Translations under genes and position numbers: made by a program | Notes under the pieces: model-generated | What the model was told of the DNA's origin: nothing | What the model saw: the letters and a program-made list of their open reading frames with translations, nothing else | The model's database searches: none | DNA from: an uncultured Clostridia bacterium | Lineage (GTDB): Bacteria > Bacillota > Clostridia > Christensenellales > Aristaeellaceae | Assembly (NCBI GenBank): GCA_946409855.1 | Contig: CAMJXZ010000001.1 | Location: 1 to 42,808 of the forward strand | Length of the DNA: 42,808 nt | Direction: 5' to 3' | In this document: piece by piece, positions 9,926 through 17,580 of the stretch | Numbering within the stretch: position 1 is the first letter of the stretch | Layout: every line of letters starts with the position of its first letter

Positions 9926-10029
9926 GCAAAGCCCTGCCGTAAAGCGCCTGTCCGCCCGCGCCCGGCGGCCGCGTTCCCCGCCGGAAGCGGCGCCGACAAA
10001 AAAACAACGACCTGAAGGAGACAACCGGC

Positions 10030-11340
10030 ATGAAAAAGCGCCTGTTTACCCTGCTGCTGACTTTCGTGATGCTGGTGTTCCCGTTTTCCGCCCCGGCGGA
10101 AGATGCGGGGGCATTGTCTGGCTATACGCTTTCCAGAGTGGTGATCCTGAGCCGCCACAACATCCGCTCTCCCCTGTCCGGCGGCGGCTCCATGGTGGGC
10201 GAAATCACCCCCCATGCCTGGTTCCAATGGACCTCCGCCCCGAGCGAACTGTCCCTGAAGGGCGCCGTGCTGGAAACCATGATGGGCCAGTATTTCCGCC
10301 TGTGGCTGGAAGACGAGGGCCTGATCCCGGAAAACTGGCAGCCGGAGGAGGGCGCCGTGCGTTTCTACGCCAACGCCAAGCAGCGCACGCAGGCCACGGC
10401 CCGGTATTTTTCCGCGGGCCTGCTCCCGGTCCGCGTGGTGCCGGTGGAATGCCGCGCGCCCTACGATGCCATGGATGACACCTTCAACCCGATCCTGCGC
10501 TATATTTCGGACAGCTATCTGGAAGCCGTCCTGGAACAGATCGCCGAACAGGGCGGGGAAGAAGGGCTGAACGGATACAGCCGCCGGCTGCATGACGCCA
10601 TCGCCCTGCTCATGGACGTCACCGACATGGAGGAAAGCGAAGCCTACCGGTCCGGCAAGTACGGCCAATGGCTCACGGATGAAACCCATATGGTCCTGGA
10701 AGAGGGCAAGGAACCCGGAATGGCCGGCCCGCTCCGGTACGCGACCAACACGGCGGACGCGCTGGTCCTGCAGTATTATGAAGAACCGGACGCTCTGAAG
10801 GCCGCCTTCGGGCATGAACTGACCCGGGAAGACTGGGCCAAAATCTGCGGCATCGTGGAAACCTACGTGAGCATCCTCTGCTCCACGCCGCTGATCGCCG
10901 TCAACACAGCCCATCCCCTGCTCGCGGAACTGAAAAGCGAAATGGAGCAGGAGGGACGGGTCTTCAGCTTCCTGTGCGGACACGACTCCAACGTCGCCGG
11001 CGTCCTGGCCGCCATGGGCGCGGAAGCGTACGAGCTGCCCGATACCCTGGAAACAAGAACGCCCATCGGCGGGAAACTGACCTTTGAACGGTATCTGGAC
11101 GCGGACGGCGAAGCCTGGTACGCGGTGAATATGGTGTATCAGAGCACCGAGCAGCTGCGGCAGGCGCAGCCCCTTTCGCTGGAAAATCCCCCGGTGAAGG
11201 CGCCGCTGCGCTTTGAAGGGCTGGAAACGAACGCGGACGGGCTGATCCGCGAATCCGACCTGCTGAACCGCCTGCAGCAGGCCATCGACGCCTTGGACGC
11301 CCTGCAGGAGGAGTACGCCGACCTGGAAGAAGCCGCCTGA
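10030..11340 (+). CDS. secreted histidine acid phosphatase (branch 2; phytase/glucose-1-phosphatase-like)
   Basis: Signal peptide MKKRLFTLLLTFVMLVFPFSAPA, catalytic RH-x-x-R-x-P variant LSRHNIRSP, downstream HD motif LCGHDSNVAG, GAAGGAGA RBS. Confidence 0.75.
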   Translation: MKKRLFTLLLTFVMLVFPFSAPAEDAGALSGYTLSRVVILSRHNIRSPLSGGGSMVGEITPHAWFQWTSAPSELSLKGAVLETMMGQYFRLWLEDEGLIPENWQPEEGAVRFYANAKQRTQATARYFSAGLLPVRVVPVECRAPYDAMDDTFNPILRYISDSYLEAVLEQIAEQGGEEGLNGYSRRLHDAIALLMDVTDMEESEAYRSGKYGQWLTDETHMVLEEGKEPGMAGPLRYATNTADALVLQYYEEPDALKAAFGHELTREDWAKICGIVETYVSILCSTPLIAVNTAHPLLAELKSEMEQEGRVFSFLCGHDSNVAGVLAAMGAEAYELPDTLETRTPIGGKLTFERYLDADGEAWYAVNMVYQSTEQLRQAQPLSLENPPVKAPLRFEGLETNADGLIRESDLLNRLQQAIDALDALQEEYADLEEAA

Positions 11341-11362
11341 AGCAAGCGGGAAGGAGGACGGC

Positions 11363-13291
11363 ATGGCCATCCGCAACATCGGGATCTTCGCCCACGTGGA
11401 TGCCGGAAAAACGACCCTGTCCGAGCAGCTGCTCGTCCACGCGGGCCGGCTTCGCCAGGCGGGCAGCGTGGACCAGGGCACCGCGTACACAGACCGGATG
11501 GACGTGGAACGGCGCAGGGGCATTTCCGTCAAAGCCACCTGCGTTTCCTTTTCGTGGAAAGGAACGCAGGTGCGCCTGATCGACACCCCCGGCCACACGG
11601 ATTTTTCGGCGGAAATCGAGCGCTCCTTCTGGGCCATCGACGGGGCCGTGCTGGTGGTGGACGTCGTGCAGGGGGTGCAGCCGCAGACGGAAGCGCTGTT
11701 TGAAGCGCTGTCCGCCCAGGGCCTGCCGATCCTGTTTTTCCTGAACAAGACGGACCGTCCCGGCGCGGACCCAGGGCGCGTCCTTGCGCAGATCCGCAAA
11801 CGCCTGTCCCCCCTGGCGGTGCCCGCCTGGGATGAGGACGGGCTGACGGAATTCGTCTGCGCTTCCGACGATACACTGACGGAGCGCTACCTGAACGGCG
11901 CCCCTCCGGACGCCGCCGAGCTGGACCGGTACCTGGCCGGGCTCACCGCCCGGGGAAAAGCATACCCGGCGCTGTACGGCTCCGCCCTGCGCGATGAAGG
12001 GATCGACCGGCTGCTGGACGCCGTGACCCGCTGGCTGCCCGGGCCGGAAACGGAAGGAGCGGCCCTGTGCGGGGTCGCCTTCTCGGTTTCCGCGGATCCC
12101 GTCATGGGCCGCGGTCTGTGGGTCCGGCTGTTCGGGGGACGGCTGGAAAACCGGATGCCGGTGGACCTGGTCACCGGCACGGACAAAATCACCGGCCGGG
12201 ACATCGTCGTCCAGCGGAAGATCACGCAGATCCGCAGCGACGAAGGGCAGGACATCGGCGCGCTGACCGCCGGCGGCATCGGGATCGTGTACGGTCTGGG
12301 CGACCTTGCCATTGGCCACGTGTTCGGCCGCGGGGATCTTCTGCCCCGGAAGGTCCGGCCCGGCCAGTTCCGCGCGCCCCTGATCACCGTTCAGGTCATC
12401 CCGGAAAAGCCGGAGCAGATGAACGCCCTCCGGGAAGCCTGCGCGGTTCTTTCCGGGGAAGACCCGCTGCTGAAAGCCCGGTACCTGAGCGGGACGGGCG
12501 AACTCCAGCTGCAGGTCATGGGCAAAATACAGCTCGAGATCGTGCAGGAGCTCCTGTCCTCCCGGTTCGGGCTTTCTGTCCGGTTCGGGGAGCCCACGGT
12601 TATCTACCGGGAAACGATCCGGGAACGCGCGCGGGGGTTCGTCGCCTATACCATGCCCAAGCCCTGCTGGGCCATCCTGGAATTTGACCTGGCGCCCGGC
12701 CCCAGGGGCAGCGGGGTCACTTTTTCCTCCATCGTGCCGGGGAAAGACATCCTGCCCCGCTACCAGCATCAGGTGGAGCAGGCGCTGCCCCAGGCCCTCA
12801 GCCAGGGCAGGCTCGGCTGGCAGGTGACGGACGTGCAGATTACCCTGACCGGCGGAAACCATCACCTGATCCACACCCACCCGCTGGACTTCATCGTGGC
12901 CACACCCATGGGGATCCAGGACGGCCTGCGCCGCGGCGGCAGCGTCCTGCTGGAGCCGGTCCTGGAAATGAAGCTGATCATCCCGGACGAATACGTCGGG
13001 CGGATCATCAGCGACGTCCGCACGATGCGCGGCAGCGTGACCGATTCCTCATCCGAGGACGGCGTCACGGTGCTGACCGCCGAAGTCCCCGCGGCGGCGA
13101 GCCTGGATTACCCCATCGCCTTCGCCTCCGCCACCAGCGGCCGGGGCAGCATGAGCACCCGGCTCAAGGGGTATGAGGAATGCCCGCTTGCCCTGGGGAA
13201 AACCGCCCCCCGCCGCGGGGTGGACCCGCTGGACACCGCGAAGTACATCCTCGCCGCCAGGAACGCGCTGGACGGGAACATCTTTGACTGA
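11363..13291 (+). CDS. Tet(M)/Tet(W)-like ribosomal protection / EF-G-family translational GTPase paralog
   Basis: G1 AHVDAGKTT, G3 DTPGH, G4 NKTD. At 642 aa it is collinear by eye with Tet(W)/Tet(M), e.g. GAALCGVAFSV vs GAALCGSVFKV and LLEPVLEMKLIIPDEY vs LLEPYLSFILYAPQEY. Confidence 0.8.
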   Translation: MAIRNIGIFAHVDAGKTTLSEQLLVHAGRLRQAGSVDQGTAYTDRMDVERRRGISVKATCVSFSWKGTQVRLIDTPGHTDFSAEIERSFWAIDGAVLVVDVVQGVQPQTEALFEALSAQGLPILFFLNKTDRPGADPGRVLAQIRKRLSPLAVPAWDEDGLTEFVCASDDTLTERYLNGAPPDAAELDRYLAGLTARGKAYPALYGSALRDEGIDRLLDAVTRWLPGPETEGAALCGVAFSVSADPVMGRGLWVRLFGGRLENRMPVDLVTGTDKITGRDIVVQRKITQIRSDEGQDIGALTAGGIGIVYGLGDLAIGHVFGRGDLLPRKVRPGQFRAPLITVQVIPEKPEQMNALREACAVLSGEDPLLKARYLSGTGELQLQVMGKIQLEIVQELLSSRFGLSVRFGEPTVIYRETIRERARGFVAYTMPKPCWAILEFDLAPGPRGSGVTFSSIVPGKDILPRYQHQVEQALPQALSQGRLGWQVTDVQITLTGGNHHLIHTHPLDFIVATPMGIQDGLRRGGSVLLEPVLEMKLIIPDEYVGRIISDVRTMRGSVTDSSSEDGVTVLTAEVPAAASLDYPIAFASATSGRGSMSTRLKGYEECPLALGKTAPRRGVDPLDTAKYILAARNALDGNIFD

Positions 13292-13320
13292 CCGTCAGGC
13301 GCAGCGGCCAAAAACGCAAG

Positions 13321-13355
13321 CCCCGGAAAGAACCATCATCCGGCTCTTTCCGGGG
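13321..13355. terminator. hairpin between convergent genes (candidate bidirectional terminator)
   Basis: CCCCGGAAAG (13321-13330) pairs with CTTTCCGGGG (13346-13355), followed by CCATTGTTCTTTT. It lies between the stops at 13291 (+) and 13417 (-). The T-tract is interrupted. Confidence 0.45.
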
Positions 13356-13416
13356 CCATTGTTCTTTTCAGGGAGGCGCGCCGCCTGAAGCGTTTCCTCA
13401 TGCCGCGGCGGCCCGC

Positions 13417-14358
13417 TCAATCATCGTAATAATGGCTTGTTTTCACTTTGGTGATGTGCTGATCCGTCCCATTCAGCGCGCCGTGGGCGGCGACGCTCCT
13501 TTTCATCGCCCGGACTTCGCTTTTGGACAGGCCGCCATAGGTCAGCTGACCCTCCAGTGCGCTTTCTTCCTCCGCGCTCAGATAAGCTGTGCTGCCGCTC
13601 ATGGATACCTTTTCCGCCGGCGAAGAATGATCCCAGGTCTCGCCAAAGGTGTTGAGAATCCATCCAAGGCCGCCCAGGACGATCACGAAGGCGATGAATG
13701 CCGGATAGAAGCAGGCCACGGTGCTGGCGGCCGCCACGATCAGCAGCGACTGCGGCAGATGCCGGAACTTTTCATAAGACGGGATCGAGACAAAGTACAC
13801 GAGCAGGCCGGCGTAAAACGATACCCGGATGCACACGGGGGTCATGGCTTCCCGGAAGAAATCCTTCATGATCAGGCCGATCACCGCTTTGAAGACCGGG
13901 ATGCCGATGTATTTCGCGGAAGCCACCGCTCCCGCCAGGCAGAGCGGGAAGCCCAGCACCGCCAGGACGATCCCCTTCGCCGTCTTCTTCTGCCGGAAGC
14001 TCCGGATGATCTGCGGGAGGGAAAACCAGATGCAGTCCGCCGCGAAGACCGGCGCTCCCCAGACGGTGAACAATTCAAAGGTCGAGAAGATGCCCTGATA
14101 GCGATAGCCCCTTTGTCCGACGGCGATCATCATGGCAATCGTTGCCGCCAGCGCGTGCATCAGGGCAAGCCCCATCCGCGATTCATCCGATGGCTTTTTC
14201 ACGGCAACCCACACCGGCCCCCCGGCCAGCACCGCCGCCAGGATAACCGCCGCGGCGGGAAACTGTTCCATCAGCACCGTATACTGACGGAGCAGAGACG
14301 GGATAAAATCAAAACTGTTCAGGAAACTGTGCAGGAGCTCTGTCAGAACGACCATCAT
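13417..14358 (-). CDS. polytopic membrane protein, function unknown
   Basis: About 8 hydrophobic helices and a soluble C-terminal tail. The ORF-track start at 14376 would place AAGGAGGG inside the coding sequence, so the ATG at 14358 (or 14355) just downstream of that RBS is preferred. Confidence 0.6.
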   Translation of the reverse strand: MMVVLTELLHSFLNSFDFIPSLLRQYTVLMEQFPAAAVILAAVLAGGPVWVAVKKPSDESRMGLALMHALAATIAMMIAVGQRGYRYQGIFSTFELFTVWGAPVFAADCIWFSLPQIIRSFRQKKTAKGIVLAVLGFPLCLAGAVASAKYIGIPVFKAVIGLIMKDFFREAMTPVCIRVSFYAGLLVYFVSIPSYEKFRHLPQSLLIVAAASTVACFYPAFIAFVIVLGGLGWILNTFGETWDHSSPAEKVSMSGSTAYLSAEEESALEGQLTYGGLSKSEVRAMKRSVAAHGALNGTDQHITKVKTSHYYDD

Positions 14359-14488
14359 GATCCCTCCTTGATGCATAACCGACCGGGTCGTCAGAAAACA
14401 GAATCACTGTCCCCTGGGGACATCCTGATGATACGGTTTTGCCGGGCCATTCTGTAAGGAGCTTTTTCCCGCGCCGGAGAGGGAAGGT

Positions 14489-14522
14489 AAAAAGAAAAGG
14501 GGCTGCAAACTGCGGCAGCCCC
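14489..14522 (-). terminator. intrinsic terminator (minus strand)
   Basis: The minus strand reads GGGGCUGC-CGCAGUUU-GCAGCCCC followed by UUUUCUUUUU. It lies ~290 nt after the stop of the upstream minus gene and ~130 nt before the start of the downstream minus gene. Confidence 0.55.
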
Positions 14523-14800
14523 TCGATTGATGGAAACAACAAAAAATTCAGCATAAAAACCAGAAACGCACAATGACCGGAAGATTCAGAGGAATCCGCA
14601 GCGGCTGGGAAGGAAAAACCTCATCCGTCACGCCTGCGGCGCAACACCTTCCCCAGTGGGGAAGGCTTTTGGAGCCTGCCGGCTGGCAGACTCCAGTGGT
14701 GGCCCGAATGGCCGGAGGAAGTAAAATGTGACTTTCCCTACAGATTACAATCCATCGGGGGGTACAGCAGTCCGTTTGCTTTTTCCATCAGCCCGGCGGC
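14523..14800 (-). ncRNA. structured intergenic RNA candidate (leader/riboswitch or sRNA), class unassigned
   Basis: Non-coding stretch with a perfect 10-bp hairpin (14671-14680/14685-14694), a perfect 8-bp hairpin (14647-14654/14658-14665) and further GC stems, ending in the terminator at 14489-14522. Strand is inferred only from that terminator and the downstream gene. Confidence 0.3.
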
Positions 14801-14813
14801 AGGGCCGGGACGG

Positions 14814-15524
14814 TCAGTTCCTGTATATCCTTTCAAAGCGGAGATTTTTCGCCATATCGTCGAACACCCCCTGGGTCAGCCGCCGGCCGACGCATTTGGT
14901 GCTGGTATGGGAGTTGTATACGCCCACCAGGGTCGCCACGTTGTTGCGGTAGATGAAGATCGGCGCGCCCTCCCCGCCGTAGGGCAGTTCCTTTTTGTTG
15001 AAGGTGAACAGCTTGCTGCTGCTGACGCTGAGCGTGGCGCTGTGGATGGTCAGCGAGCCGGAGCTGGAATACGCCCCGATGCGGCAGGATTTGCCCTTGA
15101 ACTCCGCGTCCCCGGCGTAGCGGGTGGCAAACCAGCCGGTGGTCTTGCCGACGTCCCTCTTGAAGCGGACGTAGCCGATGTCGTCCTTGCTCTGGTAGCC
15201 GTTCTTGAAGCTGTCGAAATACCAGTAGGAGCACTCGTCGTCGTACTTGTAGAAATAATTGCTCTTGCTCTTGTAGCCGAAGTAGAACACGATGTTCTTG
15301 GCGGTTTTGTGGTGCTTTTCACAGACCAGGTTGTGCCCCGCCGTGATCAGGCCGTTGGCGCAGATCATCGCGCCGGTGCCAACCCGGGTACAGCCGCATC
15401 TGTATTTGATCTCCATATAGGCGATCGCCGACTTGGGAAATTCGGTGTATCCGCTGCCCGCCAGGGCGGTAAAGGGAAGCAGCGTCACGACAGCTGCCAG
15501 GACCAGGGCCATCAGGCGTTTCAT
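14814..15524 (-). CDS. secreted trypsin-fold (S1B/Glu-endopeptidase-like) protein, probably catalytically inactive
   Basis: Signal peptide MKRLMALVLAAVVTLLPFTALA. His motif LITAGHN and Asp context DDIGYVRF are present, but the expected G-x-S-G-x-P box reads GGEGAP. AGGAGA RBS lies 7 nt before the ATG at 15524. Confidence 0.65.
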   Translation of the reverse strand: MKRLMALVLAAVVTLLPFTALAGSGYTEFPKSAIAYMEIKYRCGCTRVGTGAMICANGLITAGHNLVCEKHHKTAKNIVFYFGYKSKSNYFYKYDDECSYWYFDSFKNGYQSKDDIGYVRFKRDVGKTTGWFATRYAGDAEFKGKSCRIGAYSSSGSLTIHSATLSVSSSKLFTFNKKELPYGGEGAPIFIYRNNVATLVGVYNSHTSTKCVGRRLTQGVFDDMAKNLRFERIYRN

Positions 15525-15705
15525 GTTCATCTCTCCTTTTTCTTTTCCGGAATGCTTCGTTGTGTTCCTCTGCGTGTCAGCCGTCAAGTGCCTGTTCATT
15601 TCATCATCCTCCCGGTAAAACCTTTGTGGTCAGGGACCCTCTCCGGAGCACCGCTTCGGTGTTTCCCTTTGATGTGTCCATCATATACCGGAAAAAGACG
15701 CCGGT

Positions 15706-15722
15706 GTCTACCGGGAGTAGAC
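15706..15722. repeat. GTCTAC-N5-GTAGAC palindrome/hairpin, copy C
   Basis: gtctac cggga gtagac lies in the 230-nt spacer between the 4-TM gene stop (15755) and the protease-like gene start (15524), flanked by CCGG...CCGG. It is near-identical to the reverse complement of copy A. Confidence 0.5.
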
Positions 15723-15754
15723 GAACCGGAATTCCGCCAGGGGAAATCCGCCCC

Positions 15755-16282
15755 TTACTTTTCCCTTCGTCTCCGGATCGCGCCCCGGAGCCCCGGAACA
15801 AACGAAACGACAGCCCCGAACGCCGCCAGCTCCGCCCCGATCTGCAGCCGGCAGCTGAGCCGCCGGTCCCCCAGGGTAGCGGGCACCTCGCTGGTTTCCG
15901 GGGTGGAATAGATGCGCTGAAGAACCGCCCGGTCCAGTACGAAGAACAGGGCGAACAGCGCGGCCAGAATCAGCGCCAGCCATAGCCCGCGCCGGTCCAG
16001 CCAAAGGGACAGCCGGCCCGGGCGCAGCGGCGGCCGGACCGCGCGCAGCAGCCCCCGGGCGCAAACCGCCAGCAGCAGAACGGCAAAGATCAGCATCTGG
16101 AGATAGGCGTAGAACATCGCGACCGATTCGTACAGCCGCTCCTGCACTTCCATGCGGTTCAGCTGCCAGGTCCTGAAGGCGTCCCCTGTCATCCCGGAAA
16201 AGGTGAACGTCAGAAAGAGCATCAGGGCGGTCAGGATCGCAAACACGATGACCTTCCACAGTTTGACGGGACGAGTTGTCAT
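15755..16282 (-). CDS. 4-TM membrane protein, function unknown
   Basis: The ATG at 16282 is preceded by GGAGGAGAACAA and overlaps the kptA stop (ATGA). Four hydrophobic helices are present (IVFAILTALMLFLTF, MLIFAVLLLAVCA, LWLALILAALFALFFVL, LAAFGAVVSFV). Confidence 0.6.
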   Translation of the reverse strand: MTTRPVKLWKVIVFAILTALMLFLTFTFSGMTGDAFRTWQLNRMEVQERLYESVAMFYAYLQMLIFAVLLLAVCARGLLRAVRPPLRPGRLSLWLDRRGLWLALILAALFALFFVLDRAVLQRIYSTPETSEVPATLGDRRLSCRLQIGAELAAFGAVVSFVPGLRGAIRRRREK

Positions 16283-16818
16283 TTGTTCTCCTCCAGATAC
16301 TGGTAAGGCACATGCCTGGTCAGCCATACCCCGTTCACGGACAGGAAGAAAGGATACCCGTCTTCCGCCATCTTTCCGGCGTTCACCCGGAAAACGAACG
16401 GCTTCCCGTGCCGCGTGCCCACCCTGACCGCGGTCGCCTCCTCCGCGGAGAGATGGACGTACAGCCGGGATTTGGGAACCAGCCCTTCCCGCAGGATCGA
16501 AGGCACATACTTTTCTCCCGTGCCGTGGTACAGCACGGCCGGCGGCTCAGTCTGTTTGAGTTCCACGTCCACGGGGATGGAATGGCCCTGGTTGGCCCGG
16601 ATCAGCGTGTGGTCCTCGTTGAAGGAATAGCGCTGCTTGCTGTCCGTCCGAACGATCTCCTCCAGGTCCTCCATGGTCAGGGGATGCGTTTTGCTCACGC
16701 CTTCGATCAGTTCGTTCACATCCGCCCAGCCGTGTTCGTCCAGGGTGATGCCCGCGGCTTCCGGCTGGTGCCGCAGGACCAGGGAAATAAATTTGCTTGT
16801 ATGGATCAGATCGCTCAT
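16279..16818 (-). CDS. kptA: RNA 2'-phosphotransferase, Tpt1/KptA family
   Basis: MSDLIHTSKFISLVLRHQPE...GWADVNELI...IRANQGHS...LYHGT...LYVHLS is the KptA signature. The ATG at 16818 is preceded by AAAGGAGA. The 43-codon upstream extension in the ORF track would overlap the neighbouring gene and is R/G-rich. Confidence 0.85.
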   Translation of the reverse strand: MSDLIHTSKFISLVLRHQPEAAGITLDEHGWADVNELIEGVSKTHPLTMEDLEEIVRTDSKQRYSFNEDHTLIRANQGHSIPVDVELKQTEPPAVLYHGTGEKYVPSILREGLVPKSRLYVHLSAEEATAVRVGTRHGKPFVFRVNAGKMAEDGYPFFLSVNGVWLTRHVPYQYLEENK

Positions 16819-16883
16819 AAAAACCAGTCTCCTTTCAAATAACGGGTCTGCGGTGTTTCCGGTCCGGCGCGCCGGTGCCTTTT

Positions 16884-17552
16884 TTAACCGGGATCCTCCG
16901 CGCGGATCCGCACGGCGTCCGCTTCCGGCATGAGCCTTTTCATCCACCGCTCAACGGAAAGCGCCCTGTTTTCGGGGATGCCGCGGTTCACGCCGTAGAC
17001 CCGGGCGCCCGGGACGCATTCCGAAAACTCCTTCCCGACGGCGACCGCTTCCCCCACCACGCTTTCCTTGAAGCACCGGCCGCCGAAGTACAGCAGGCTG
17101 CCCGCCGATTCCGTGAGGGCCGGCTCTTCCGGCCCGAAGTCTTCCCTCCGCAGGATTTCTTTCCGGATGACCAGCTGCCGGATGAGGCAGTGGATAAAGC
17201 AGCCGCAGCCGATCTTTTTGAGGCTCTCCGGCAGCACAAGCCGCCCGATGCAGCAGCCGTTGAAGGCGCCGTCCTCCAGCAGGACGCAGCTTTCCGGAAA
17301 AACGACGTCCTCCAGGATCAGCGCGCTCCGGAAATCCTCCGCCCCGGCCCGGGAACGGCCGGCCCCGATCACCCGCACCCCTTCCGGAATCCGGAGATGC
17401 CGGACCGACAGGCGGAACCCTCCCGGCAGATAACCGCCCTTTTCCAGCGTATTGTCCGGGCCGGCGCAGAACGACACAAGCCGTCCGTCCGGACCGACCT
17501 CAAACGTTCCGCTTTCGTTGATGATTTCGGTGTTTGCGCAGTTTTCGCTCAT
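16884..17552 (-). CDS. BspA-type leucine-rich repeat (LRR_5) protein, no signal peptide
   Basis: Repeats of the type IPEGVRVIGAGRS..., FPESCVLLEDGAFNGC, LPESLKKIGCGCFIHC. The N-terminus MSENCANTEIINESG is not hydrophobic. Confidence 0.7.
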   Translation of the reverse strand: MSENCANTEIINESGTFEVGPDGRLVSFCAGPDNTLEKGGYLPGGFRLSVRHLRIPEGVRVIGAGRSRAGAEDFRSALILEDVVFPESCVLLEDGAFNGCCIGRLVLPESLKKIGCGCFIHCLIRQLVIRKEILRREDFGPEEPALTESAGSLLYFGGRCFKESVVGEAVAVGKEFSECVPGARVYGVNRGIPENRALSVERWMKRLMPEADAVRIRAEDPG

Positions 17553-17580
17553 CGCCGTTTTCCTTTCCCCCGTGTCCGCT

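Noticed and set aside
9926-10029. GC-rich hairpins after the ATP-grasp gene as an intrinsic terminator
   Set aside because: The stems are followed by an A-run rather than a T-run on the plus strand, so no convincing terminator can be called.
5549-12880. Series of long minus-strand ORFs (5549..6922, 7053..8702, 8483..10024, 9718..11799, 10964..12880)
   Set aside because: All lie antisense to plus-strand genes with catalytic motifs and RBSs. All are R/G/P/A-rich and overlap one another in different frames.
11363-13291. Annotating the GTPase as a bona fide tetracycline resistance gene (tet)
   Set aside because: The architecture matches ribosomal protection proteins, but the sequence looks diverged and the context is non-mobile. 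Resistance function cannot be inferred from sequence inspection alone.
14523-14800. Calling the structured intergenic region a cobalamin riboswitch, SRP RNA, RNase P RNA or tmRNA
   Set aside because: Only fragments resemble the B12 elements (CCACUGGGGAAGG, GGAGCCUGCC), and they lie on opposite strands. The GGUG..AA.UCC core, the SRP GGAAGGAAGCAGC loop, the RNase P GAGGAAAGUCC and the tmRNA 3' end are all absent. It is kept only as an unclassified candidate.
14728-14952. 74-aa plus-strand ORF in the structured intergenic region
   Set aside because: It has no RBS, overlaps the 3' end of the protease-like gene on the other strand, and has an implausible composition.
16819-16947. N-terminal 43-codon extension of kptA
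   Set aside because: It would overlap the 3' end of the upstream LRR gene and is R/G/A-rich. The ATG at 16818 has an AAAGGAGA RBS, and KptA homology begins right there.
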